Part shown: positions 18,618 through 28,200 of the stretch, in pieces
How the letters are laid out: each line of letters starts with the position of its first letter
Numbering within the stretch: position 1 is the first letter of the stretch
NCBI GenBank assembly: GCA_041661045.1
Contig: JBAZVE010000001.1
Span: forward strand, 630,001 to 662,000
DNA length: 32,000 nt
From: Candidatus Saccharimonadota bacterium
GTDB taxonomy: Bacteria > Patescibacteriota > Gracilibacteria > UBA1369 > 2-02-FULL-48-14
Reading direction: 5' to 3'
Notes under the pieces: generated by a model
The model's database searches: none
The model's input: the letters and a program-made list of their open reading frames with translations, nothing else
What the model was told of the DNA's origin: nothing
Program-made: the position numbers and the translations under genes

Positions 18618-19085
18618 CTACTTTTTCTTTGTGAAGCGAGCGTAGTGAGCAAAAGCTCGGTTTGCTTGAGCCATTCTTTCTACATCATCTTTCTTCTTTA
18701 CAGCAGCTCCATTTCCATCGGAAGCTTCTAAGATTTCGAGAGTGAGTCTCTTGTACATGGGGATTCCTTTTCGTCCACGAGCTCCATTGATGAGCCAACG
18801 GAAGGAGAGCATGCGTTGTCTTTTTGGATTCACTTCAAAAGGAACCTGGTAAACAGCCCCTCCGATGCGTTTTGGGCGCACTTCCATGGTGGGTTTGGTG
18901 TTGTCGATAGCTCTGAAGAACAGTTCTTTTGGAGCCTTGTGTCCTCGTTTTTCGATCTCTGCAAGCATGTCGTTGAAGATTCGGCGAGCAGTGTTCTTTT
19001 TCCCGTCCAACATAATAGTGTTGATGAACTTTTCACTGAGTTCATCGGATTCTGGTGGGCAGTAGGTTGTGATCTTAGTCTTCAT
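18618..19085 (-). CDS. rpsG: 30S ribosomal protein S7
   Basis: 155 aa with LINTIMLDGKKNTARRIF and the uS7 C-terminus NRAFAHYRF-like NRAFAHYARF. Confidence 0.97.
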   Translation of the reverse strand: MKTKITTYCPPESDELSEKFINTIMLDGKKNTARRIFNDMLAEIEKRGHKAPKELFFRAIDNTKPTMEVRPKRIGGAVYQVPFEVNPKRQRMLSFRWLINGARGRKGIPMYKRLTLEILEASDGNGAAVKKKDDVERMAQANRAFAHYARFTKKK

Positions 19086-19122
19086 GAGAGATGATAATGA
19101 TGTTGCTTGGCAACTTTATTGC

Positions 19123-19536
19123 TTACTTCTTAGGCTTCTTTGCTCCGTATCGGCTTCGGCTTTGTTTTCGGTTTTGTACCCCTTGGCAGTCGAGAGATCC
19201 ACGAATGATGTGGTAACGAACTCCAGGCAAATCTTTTACACGACCTCCACGAACCATCACAATGGAGTGTTCCTGCAGATTGTGTCCTTCACCTCCGATG
19301 TAAGCATTCACTTCCATGCCGTTGGTAAGACGAACGCGCGCAATCTTTCGGAGAGCGGAGTTAGGCTTTTTAGGCGTCATGGTGGTCACTTTTGTGCACA
19401 CTCCTCGCTTTGCAGGGCAGGAGAGAGGACGGTTCTGAGACTTCAGCGTATTGAGAATCGTTTGAAGTGCAGGAGCCTTGCTCTTTTTCTTAACAGCCTT
19501 GCGAGGCTTGCGGATGAGTTGGTTTATTGTTGGCAT
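19123..19536 (-). CDS. rpsL: 30S ribosomal protein S12
   Basis: 137 aa starting [10 protein letters not shown], with [11 protein letters not shown] and [15 protein letters not shown]. Confidence 0.98.
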   Translation of the reverse strand: MPTINQLIRKPRKAVKKKSKAPALQTILNTLKSQNRPLSCPAKRGVCTKVTTMTPKKPNSALRKIARVRLTNGMEVNAYIGGEGHNLQEHSIVMVRGGRVKDLPGVRYHIIRGSLDCQGVQNRKQSRSRYGAKKPKK

Positions 19537-19555
19537 TTTTGATTAGTGCTGAGGC

Positions 19556-19584
19556 AGTTTAGTAGATCCTTTGGCTTAGTGCAA
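19556..19584 (-). promoter_or_regulatory. Candidate promoter for rpsL-rpsG
   Basis: The minus strand reads TTGCAC-17 nt-TAAACT, about 20 nt upstream of the rpsL ATG. Confidence 0.4.
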
Positions 19585-19670
19585 GGGAATTTTAGTGGAT
19601 TCATTTTTTCTATTGTTTCGCCATTTTCTCGGTGTTAGATTGCTCTCTTAAATTTTAACACACTTTAACT

Positions 19671-19910
19671 ATGATAGGAGTAGAGTATGGAGTTGACTTG
19701 GGTCAGTCTGAAGACGAGAATGATCCATCGGAAGAATTGAAGAGGCTTCAAGCTGAATTGGCTACAGTCAGGACTGAGTTGGAAAGGGTTCTTAAGGAGA
19801 ATCAAGCTTTAAGAACTGCTTTGGGTGAAGGTCAAAGTCGTGAACGGATGAGAAGTGTATCAGCATCAGATAATACTTGTCAGGGGTATGAAGGGGGGTC
19901 GGCGAATTGA
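19671..19910 (+). CDS. Hypothetical 79-aa acidic protein with one coiled-coil-like helix
   Basis: ATG start. The segment ELKRLQAELATVRTELERVLKENQALRTAL is heptad-like. It is on the opposite strand to the flanking rpsL and rpoC. No family recognised. Confidence 0.45.
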   Translation: MIGVEYGVDLGQSEDENDPSEELKRLQAELATVRTELERVLKENQALRTALGEGQSRERMRSVSASDNTCQGYEGGSAN

Positions 19911-19960
19911 TTTTTGGTTCTGAACACAGTAGTATAAAAAAATAATTTTTCCCCTTCATT

Positions 19961-20419
19961 ATGTCCCCTAACTCCGGTCAGCCTGATAAAGGGTTTGAAC
20001 TGAGTCCTGATTGTGAGATTCGTGATGAGGTGCCCTTTGCCCTTATTAAAACAGCCTGGGATCAACTTGGTTTGGTTTTGAATGGGGGAAGAGAATTTCA
20101 AGGGACCTTGAAGACACCGGATGGACGGTTTCTTAGGTTTGATTTAACCCACTCCGAGCTTTTACCAGAACAACTGGTTTTGATACTCGAAGGGGGCGGC
20201 ACTAAAGAAACACTTCTTTTAAGGCAAAAATGGGTGTCGTTGTGTATTGAAAGCAGGGGATTGGCTGCCTATGGCAAAGTTGGAAACGAAACCGACATCA
20301 AAAGGTTTCTTGACGCTGTTTTGCACTCTATTGTTGCAAATTTATATGATTCGTTGGGACAGCCTCACACCATCCAGGGTGTTACGGCTAAGGTGCAAAG
20401 CGATGTTTTGAAGGTTTGA
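19961..20419 (+). CDS. Hypothetical 152-aa soluble protein
   Basis: ATG start. The ORF ends 5-10 nt before a strong bidirectional terminator. No family recognised. Confidence 0.55.
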   Translation: MSPNSGQPDKGFELSPDCEIRDEVPFALIKTAWDQLGLVLNGGREFQGTLKTPDGRFLRFDLTHSELLPEQLVLILEGGGTKETLLLRQKWVSLCIESRGLAAYGKVGNETDIKRFLDAVLHSIVANLYDSLGQPHTIQGVTAKVQSDVLKV

Positions 20420-20423
20420 TTCT

Positions 20424-20465
20424 AAAAAAGCCGCTAGGACCATGAATGATCTTAGCGGCTTTTTA
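20424..20465. terminator. Bidirectional intrinsic terminator shared by the plus-strand orphan gene and rpoC
   Basis: AAAAAA-AGCCGCTAGGA-(10-nt loop)-TCTTAGCGGCT-TTTTT, an 11-bp stem with one G-U pair. It sits between the convergent stops at 20419 and 20478. Confidence 0.7.
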
Positions 20466-20477
20466 AATGGTGATGGA

Positions 20478-23400
20478 CTAATCCTCTCGAGTGTCGATGG
20501 CCTCGCCGCGGAATTGTTTGCGGAAGGTTTCACCGGCAGGGATGAGGCGACCGATGATGACATTTTCTTTGAGACCGGCGAGCATGTCCACACGGTGGGT
20601 TGTTGCGGCTTCCACAAGTACGCGAATGGTTTCTTGGAAGGAAGCGGCAGAGAGCCAACTTTCGGTGTGAAGAGCAATGCGGGTAAGACCCAAGAGCAAG
20701 CGCTCGTATTCGATGAGAGGCTGCTTCTTTTTTTCGAAGCCAGTGTTTTCTTCCACCATGGTTTGGAAATCCACGATTTCACCGGGGAGGAAGTTGCTTG
20801 CGCCCGCTTCAGCAATACGAATCTTGGAGAACATCTGACGAGTGATGATTTCGATGTGTTTGTCGTTGATGGTTTGTCCTTGTGAAGCGTAGATGCTTTG
20901 CACCTCACTCATGATGTACTTTTGCGTGGTGTAAATATCCGTGAGCTTCATGAGCTTACGCAAATTCAAGTGTCCTCCGGTGAGGGCAGTTCCCTTGGCC
21001 ACAAGGTCTCCATTCTTCACTTTGATGCTCTTTCCGGCATCCAACTTGTAGGTTTCTTCTACGGCAATCGGTTGAATAACGATCTCTTTCTTTCCTGCCT
21101 TAACTACAACTCCATCCAGAGTTGCGCGGAGTTTTTTTGCGCCTTTTTCGGCAAGGACATCTTTAATGTTGATCTTGTCATCCTTCTTTACGGTGACTTC
21201 AAATCCTTCTGGCACTTCAAATTTTGCTTCCGGAACGGTGGTGGGAGTGATGGTGATCACGGTTTGGTTTCCCTTTGTGCTCACTTGTACCTTTCCATCG
21301 ATTTCGGCAAGAATAGCCGGCTTCTTTGGAGTGCGGGCTTCAAAGAGTTCTTCCACACGAGTCAAACCTTGCGTGATGTCGTCTTCGTCAGCGATTCCTC
21401 CCATGTGGAAGGTACGCATGGTGAGCTGAGTTCCAGGCTCTCCAATGGATTGAGCGGCAATGATTCCCACTGCGGTTCCCAAATCCACCGTCTTGCTTGT
21501 TCCAAGATCACGACCGTAACATTTTTGGCACACTCCATTGAGAGTGAGACAAGTCATTACGGAGCGAACACGAACCTCCGGCACTTGAGCTTCCTTAATG
21601 AGCTTGAGTGCGGCTTTGTCGATTTCACTTCCTGCAGCAGCAAGTTTCTTTCCCTTGGAGTCTAGGACATCTTCTCCGAGTGTGCGGCCGAAAATACGGT
21701 TTTCAAAGGCTTCACCGATTTTCTCAGATTCTGCACGAGTCACCAAGTGGGTGAGCTCGGTGCCACAGTCTTCTGCCTTGATCACGATGTCTTGCACCGC
21801 ATCCACCAGACGACGGGTGAGGTATCCGGCTTCGGCGGTTTTGAGCGCGGTGTCGGATTTACCTTTTCGTCCTCCGTGAGTAGCAATAAAGTATTCCAAG
21901 ATGGTGAATCCTTCCATCAAGTTGGACTTAATGGGAAGTTCAATGGTCTTACCGGCCGGATTGGCCACAAGACCCTTCATTCCACAGAGCTGAGTGATCT
22001 GCCCCCAGTTACCACGAGCACCGGAATCTACTTGATAGAAGATATCGTTTTCGTGATCGAAAGCTTCGATCATCACTTTGGCGATGTCGTTTTTGGTTCG
22101 CCCCCAGATCTTAATGGCTTGGTTGTAGCGTTCGTCTTCCGTGATGAGACCTCTGCTGAAGTAATCTTGAACTTGAGCGACCAATTCTTCGGAATCTTTC
22201 ATGATCTTTGCCTTTTCCTTTGGAATGTGGAGATCGGCACCGGCAATGGAAATACCGGAGCGAGTGGCGTATTTGAAACCGAGCTCTTTGAGGTCATCAC
22301 AAAGCTTAGCGGTCACCTCAAGGCCGTATTTTTCGAATACGAGGGCCACGATTTCTGCAATTTCCTTTTTCTTGAGGGTGTGATTTTGGTATCCCATACC
22401 TTCGGGAACCACTGTGTTGTAAATGGCACGACCGATGGTGGTTTCGATGATCTCACCATTCAAACGAATTCTCACTTTTGCTTGGAGATGCACTTCTTTG
22501 TAATCCATGGCAAGAAGCGCTTCTTCCAGGTTTCCAAACACTTTTCCTTCTCCCTTCTTTTTGGGCTGCATGACCGTGAGGTAGTAAAGACCAAGCACCA
22601 TGTCCTGAGTGGGAACGGTGATAGGTTCTCCGGCAGAAGGCTTGAGAAGATTTCGTGCGCTGCACATGAGGTCTCGCGCTTCTTCTTGAGCTTTGTTGGA
22701 AAGAGGGACATGCACAGCCATCTGGTCTCCATCGAAGTCGGCGTTGAACGCGCTACACACGAGAGGGTGAACTTGAATGGCCTTTCCTTCGATCAGTACG
22801 GGGCGGAACGCTTGGATACCGAGACGGTGCAGGGTAGGCGCGCGGTTGAGCAGTACGAATCGATCTTTGGTCACGGCCTCCAAAATATCCCAAATCACTT
22901 TGTCGCTGCCTTGGATCATTTTCTCAGCACTCTTGATGTTGTGTGCGTAACCATCCGCGATGAGTTTTCCAATTACAAAGGGTTTGAAGAGTTCGAGCGC
23001 CATTATTTTTGGAAGTCCACATTGGTCGAGCATCAACTTAGGTCCGATGACAATTACGGAACGACCGGAGTAATCCACGCGCTTTCCAAGAAGATTTTGA
23101 CGGAAGCGTCCTTGCTTTCCTTTAAGCATGTCGGAAAGGGAACGGAGTTTGCGCTTATCACCGGAATTGAAGACCGTTTTTCCTTGGCGGGCGCTGTTGT
23201 TGATGAGGGTGTCCACGGCTTCCTGAAGCATGCGCTTCTCATTTCGGCAGATCACTTCGGGAGCTCCGATGGCGATCAAGCGTTTGAGACGATTGTTACG
23301 GTTGATGACGCGGCGATAAAGATCGTTGAGATCGGAAGCGGCGTAACGGCCTCCATCGAGCTGAACCATCGGACGAAGATCCGGAGGAATAACCGGGAGA

Positions 23401-24293
23401 ATGGTCATGATCATCCATTCTGATTTGATGCCGGCTTTTACAAGGGATCCGATGAGCTTGATTCGTTTCATGATCTTGGTGCGCTTTTGTCCGCTGGCCT
23501 TTTCCATCTCTTTTTCCATTTGCTTGATCTCTTCTTCCATGTTCATGTTCCCAATGATTTTGTGCAAAGATTCCGCTCCGGTTCCGGCCTTGAATACATG
23601 TCCGAATTTCATGGACATGTCGCGGTATTCCAATTCGGTGAGCACTTTGCTCTTTTCGAGAGATTCCAAGTCTGTGCGAGCTTGTTCCGCGGTTTCGGTC
23701 AACTCCTCCACTTTCATGGCTTGTTCTTTTTCGATGTCTTTAGGACTGGTTCCTCCCACGCGCAGTCGTTCTTCGTACTCACGAATGATGTCTTTTTTGT
23801 GGCTTTGGAATTCATCTTGAATTTGGGCGATGGCCAGTTCTTTTGCTTTTTCATCCACTTCCGTGATGATGTACGCGGCAAAGTAGACAATTTGTTCCAT
23901 GATTTTCACCGGCAGGTTGAGCAAAAGCCCAATACGGCTTGGAGTGGACCTGAGGAACCAAATGTGAGTTACCGGTACGGCGAGAGTGATGTGTCCCATG
24001 CGGCTTCGGCGCACGATGGAACGGGTGACCTCCACTCCACACTTTTCACAAATAACACCTTTGTAGCGGATGCGCTTGTATTTTCCACAGGCACATTCCC
24101 AGTTCTTCGTAGGACCGAAAATGCGTTCACAGAAAAGTCCATCGCGCTCCGGTTTTTGAGTCCGGTAGTTGATGGTCTCCGGTTTTTTGACTTCACCGTG
24201 AGACCAGGACATGATCTGCTCGGGGGAGGCCACGGAGATGGCAATCGCATCAAAGAGGACAGGTCCCTTCTTTGAATCTTGATTATTCATCAT
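20478..24293 (-). CDS. rpoC: DNA-directed RNA polymerase subunit beta-prime
   Basis: 1271 aa with the zinc motif CACGKYKRIRYKGVICEKCGVEVT and active site NADFDGDQMAVH. Confidence 0.98.
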   Translation of the reverse strand: MMNNQDSKKGPVLFDAIAISVASPEQIMSWSHGEVKKPETINYRTQKPERDGLFCERIFGPTKNWECACGKYKRIRYKGVICEKCGVEVTRSIVRRSRMGHITLAVPVTHIWFLRSTPSRIGLLLNLPVKIMEQIVYFAAYIITEVDEKAKELAIAQIQDEFQSHKKDIIREYEERLRVGGTSPKDIEKEQAMKVEELTETAEQARTDLESLEKSKVLTELEYRDMSMKFGHVFKAGTGAESLHKIIGNMNMEEEIKQMEKEMEKASGQKRTKIMKRIKLIGSLVKAGIKSEWMIMTILPVIPPDLRPMVQLDGGRYAASDLNDLYRRVINRNNRLKRLIAIGAPEVICRNEKRMLQEAVDTLINNSARQGKTVFNSGDKRKLRSLSDMLKGKQGRFRQNLLGKRVDYSGRSVIVIGPKLMLDQCGLPKIMALELFKPFVIGKLIADGYAHNIKSAEKMIQGSDKVIWDILEAVTKDRFVLLNRAPTLHRLGIQAFRPVLIEGKAIQVHPLVCSAFNADFDGDQMAVHVPLSNKAQEEARDLMCSARNLLKPSAGEPITVPTQDMVLGLYYLTVMQPKKKGEGKVFGNLEEALLAMDYKEVHLQAKVRIRLNGEIIETTIGRAIYNTVVPEGMGYQNHTLKKKEIAEIVALVFEKYGLEVTAKLCDDLKELGFKYATRSGISIAGADLHIPKEKAKIMKDSEELVAQVQDYFSRGLITEDERYNQAIKIWGRTKNDIAKVMIEAFDHENDIFYQVDSGARGNWGQITQLCGMKGLVANPAGKTIELPIKSNLMEGFTILEYFIATHGGRKGKSDTALKTAEAGYLTRRLVDAVQDIVIKAEDCGTELTHLVTRAESEKIGEAFENRIFGRTLGEDVLDSKGKKLAAAGSEIDKAALKLIKEAQVPEVRVRSVMTCLTLNGVCQKCYGRDLGTSKTVDLGTAVGIIAAQSIGEPGTQLTMRTFHMGGIADEDDITQGLTRVEELFEARTPKKPAILAEIDGKVQVSTKGNQTVITITPTTVPEAKFEVPEGFEVTVKKDDKINIKDVLAEKGAKKLRATLDGVVVKAGKKEIVIQPIAVEETYKLDAGKSIKVKNGDLVAKGTALTGGHLNLRKLMKLTDIYTTQKYIMSEVQSIYASQGQTINDKHIEIITRQMFSKIRIAEAGASNFLPGEIVDFQTMVEENTGFEKKKQPLIEYERLLLGLTRIALHTESWLSAASFQETIRVLVEAATTHRVDMLAGLKENVIIGRLIPAGETFRKQFRGEAIDTRED

Positions 24294-25240
24294 GAGAGTA
24301 AAGGATTAAGAAATTGAAATAAGAAAACGAGGTAAAGGAGAACCAGAAAAGCCCCCTCGTAAGCGGACCATCTTTTTTGAAGAGCTGAAAATGAAAACAG
24401 AATAAGTGAGATAAGGAGGAAGGGCAGAGCTAAAACCAAAGTCTCGCCGGAAACATTGAGGGGTCCCATAAAGGAAGCGATGGCAATGACCAGAGTGGAA
24501 TTGAGCACCGTTGAGGTGACTAGAATGGACACCACTTCATCTCCGTACCCTTTTTTGGCGGCACGCAGGGCGAGGGCCAGTTCCGGAATGGAGAAAGCCA
24601 GTGCCACCGCGCTGCCCCCTAAAAGTCCCGGGAGCCAGTTGTTTTGTTCAGACAGTTCCACCGTTCCAACAAAGGAGAAATAGGATCCCGCCACGAGTGC
24701 CACCGCGGAAAGCAGAAGCGCAAGGGCTAGGGGAATGGACCATGATTCCATATTGAAGAGTTGTCCCATTCGATCCAGCAGTCCTTGTTTGGCGGCCTGG
24801 GCTTTTGCCAACAGAAACACCACCAGGGCAGCAAGCAGGATCAAACCTTCGGTTGAAGTCACGGTTCCATCGAAAGAAAGTGCAATGAGCAGGAATACTG
24901 TGCAGAGCAAGAGAGGGATTTGCTTTAAGGAATCCTCTTTGCTGATGGTCAGAGTCTTTGCACGCATGGCGGAGACGCCAAGAATGAGCAAAAGATTCAC
25001 AAGGTTGGATCCCCACACCAAGGCAGGCACAAAGGAAGAATAGTTTTTGAGACTGGCCACCACGGAGGTGACGAGTTCAGGTAGGCTCACGCCCAGTGCC
25101 ATAACCATAACTCCCGTGAAAAATGGGGAGAAGCGGCTGGCTTTGGCGGCCTCCTCCGCTTTTGCGGCAAAGACCTGGGAGGCCGCTGCTGCGACTGCGA
25201 GGGAAGCTATGAGGATGAGGATCCAGATTAAAGTTTGCAT
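24290..25240 (-). CDS. Polytopic membrane protein, probable CaCA-superfamily (YrbG-like) cation/Ca2+ exchanger
   Basis: 316 aa with about 10 hydrophobic segments. It has two alpha-repeat-like motifs: ALGVSLPELVTSVVA...GSNLVNLLLILG and ALAFSIPELALALRAAKKG. Its TGA stop overlaps the rpoC ATG. Confidence 0.7.
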   Translation of the reverse strand: MQTLIWILILIASLAVAAAASQVFAAKAEEAAKASRFSPFFTGVMVMALGVSLPELVTSVVASLKNYSSFVPALVWGSNLVNLLLILGVSAMRAKTLTISKEDSLKQIPLLLCTVFLLIALSFDGTVTSTEGLILLAALVVFLLAKAQAAKQGLLDRMGQLFNMESWSIPLALALLLSAVALVAGSYFSFVGTVELSEQNNWLPGLLGGSAVALAFSIPELALALRAAKKGYGDEVVSILVTSTVLNSTLVIAIASFMGPLNVSGETLVLALPFLLISLILFSFSALQKRWSAYEGAFLVLLYLVFLFQFLNPLLS

Positions 25241-25279
25241 GATTGGTAAGTAAGAATCAGGACAGGTCTATTTTGAATG

Positions 25280-28200
25280 CTAAATCTCTTCCTCTAAGTC
25301 GGGTTCTTTAGGAGCGTCGACTTCGTCATCCTCTTCATCAAAACTGTCTCCTTCTTCACTGAAACCCGCTTCACCCGCCTCGGCCACAAGGGCTCCTGGC
25401 GATTCGAGAATAGGTTCATCTTCCGGTTCGGGTTCCACATACTCGTTTTCGGGATCCACGGTTCCGTCTTCTTCCAGTTGCAAGAGGTCTACATTGAGTC
25501 CTAAAGATTGAAGTTCCTTCACGAGCACATTGAAGGATTCCGGTGTGCGAGGTTTTCGAATAGGTTCGGCCTTAATGATGGATTCATAGGCTTTCGCACG
25601 GCCATAAGTGTCATCGGATTTGATGGTGAGCATTTCTTGTAGCACATGAGCTGCTCCGTAGGCTTCCAAGGCCCACACTTCCATTTCTCCAAATCGCTGT
25701 CCTCCGTGTTGAGCTTTTCCTCCCAAAGGCTGTTGTGTAACCAGAGAGTAGGGCCCGACGCTTCGTGCATGAATCTTGTCTTCAACCAAGTGAGCCAGTT
25801 TGAGCATGTAGGCGATTCCAACCGTGCTCTTGTGGTCAAAGGCTTCTCCGGTCTTTCCATCAAAAAGTTGGATTTTTCCATCTTCAGGAAGGTCGGCCTT
25901 CTTGAGCATTTCTTTGATCTGTTCGTTGGTCACTCCATTGAGAGTGGGAGTGGCGACATAGACTCCGAGTTTTTCTGCGGCCCAACCCAAGTGGGTCTCC
26001 AGAATTTGTCCAATGTTCATACGGCTGGATACTCCAAGTGGATTCAACACAATGTCGACAGGAGTTCCATCCGGCATGTAAGGCATGTCCTCTTGAGGCA
26101 CAATAATGGAAACGACTCCCTTGTTTCCGTGTCGTCCGGCCATTTTGTCTCCCACTTGAATACGGCGGGTTTGTGCCACTGAAACACGGATTTGTTGAAT
26201 GACTCCGTTTTCAAGCTCATCTCCGTTTTCACGAGAGAAGATTTGAACACTGACCACTTTTCCTCCTTCTCCACCCGGGAGGCGAAGGGAAGTGTCCTTA
26301 ACGTCACGAGCTTTGTCTCCGAAGATTGCTCGCAAGAGCCGTTCTTCCGGAGTGAGTTCGGTTTCTCCTTTTGGTGTGATTTTACCCACAAGAATGTCTC
26401 CTTCACGAACGGAGGCTCCCACGCGAACGATTCCATCGTCATCGAGATCTTTGAGCCGTGCTTCTCCCACATTGGGGATATCACGAGTCACAATCTCCGG
26501 TCCCAGCTTGGTGTCACGGACATCCACGGTAAAGTCTTCAAGGTGGACGGAGCTGAACTTGTCTTCTTTGAGCATTCGGCTGGACAAAATGACGGCATCC
26601 TCAAAGTTGTAACCTTCCCATGGCATGTACGCCACGAGGATGTTTTGTCCTAGAGCGAGATCGCCCTTTTCGGTAGAAGCTCCATCGGCCAAAATGTCTC
26701 CGGCTTTCACTTTTTGTCCGGTGCTACAAATGGGTCTTTGGTGAAAAGAGCTTCCTTGGTTGGTGCGACGATACACATCCAAATGGTAAGACACTTTCTT
26801 TCCTGAGTCGTAGATGACATCGATTCGATTTCCATCCACAAAGGCCACGGTTCCATCTTCTTCCGCAATTTCAACCTGATTGGTGTTGCGGGCGGCGAGG
26901 CCTTCCATACCCGTTCCTACCACAGGAGTGGTGGGGCGGAGCAAAGGTACGGCTTGTCGTTGCATGTTGGATCCCATGGAGGCACGAGTGTTGTCATCGT
27001 GTTCCAAGAATGGGATCAAGGAAGTGGACACGGAAATAATCTGTTGAGGGGAAATGTCCATGTGAGACACTTCTTTTTCGGTAACGGTAATGGGTTCTCC
27101 CATCTTTCGGGCGTTGGCGGTGTCTTCAATAAACTCTCCTTCATGCGTGAGAGGAGTGTTGGCTTGAGCGTAAACGATTTCATTCTCGTCTTCGGCGTCA
27201 AAGTAAGAGACCTTGCTTCCCAAGAAGGCTTGCACGGAGACTTCCTTCATGTCTTTTTCTTTTGTCAGGGCCTTGGCGGCCTTTTCATCGATGACCGTTC
27301 CTTTCTTGATGCCCGCTACCCCTTCGGCAAGCGTGTGTCCGATGGCGGCTTTTCCGTCATTTTTCACCTCATGCATCACTTCACGGAGAGGAGTTTCGAT
27401 GAATCCGTATTTGTTGATCTTTGCGTAAGAAGCCAAGTGCACCACGAGACCGATGTTTGGTCCTTCCGGGGTGGCAATAGGACAGATTCGTCCGTAGTGG
27501 GAGGGATGCACATCACGAACATCGAAGGATGCGCGTTCACGGGAGAGACCTCCGGGACCCATGGCAGAAAGACGGCGCTTGTGCTCGAGTTCGGACAAAG
27601 GATTGGTTTGATCCATGAACTGAGACAATTGTGAACTCGCATAGAATTCACGAAGAGCCGCCGTGATTGGGCGGGAGTTCACCAATTGAGTGGGAGTCAC
27701 CGTGTCCAGATCCATTACCGTCATACGGTCTTTTGCGATGCGTTCGGTTCGAAGGAGACCCACGCGGAACTTGTTTTGAACGAGTTCTCCAACAGGTCGA
27801 ATACGACGATTGGAAAGGTGATCGATATCATCCGGAGCCGCTTCTTTATTATTGAGCTTAATGAGATGCTTCAAGATGAGGGTAAAATCGTCAATCTGGA
27901 AGGTGTGGAATTTTCGTTCGTTTGGAGTCTTGAGGTCAAAACGACGGTTGATCTTGTATCGTGCAACGCTACCCATGTCGTACTTCTTGTAGTCGAAGAA
28001 CAGAGACTCGATGAGAGCCTTTGCATTTTCCGGTGTGGCCAAATCTCCCGGACGAATCTTTTTGTAGATGGCCTTGTACGCTTCATCCATGGTTTTTGCA
28101 GGGTCCTTTTCAAGCGTGTGCAAAATGTAGTCATGAATGGGATCCCTGATGTCGTCTTTAAAGAGATCCATGATCTTTTTGTCGGTGTCGAAACCGAACA

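Noticed and set aside
18551-18652. An N-terminal extension of the lipoprotein ORF (203-aa version)
   Set aside because: It would overlap rpsG and read through the terminator hairpin. The internal ATG yields a canonical lipoprotein signal peptide.
21747-23423. A 558-aa plus-strand ORF, plus 20898-21665 and 23487-24275, antisense to rpoC
   Set aside because: It is in exactly the same codon register as rpoC. Antisense stops would require the sense codons TTA, CTA or TCA, which rpoC avoids. The translation is low-complexity (F/H/V/S/G-rich) with no motifs, whereas the sense strand encodes an unmistakable beta-prime.
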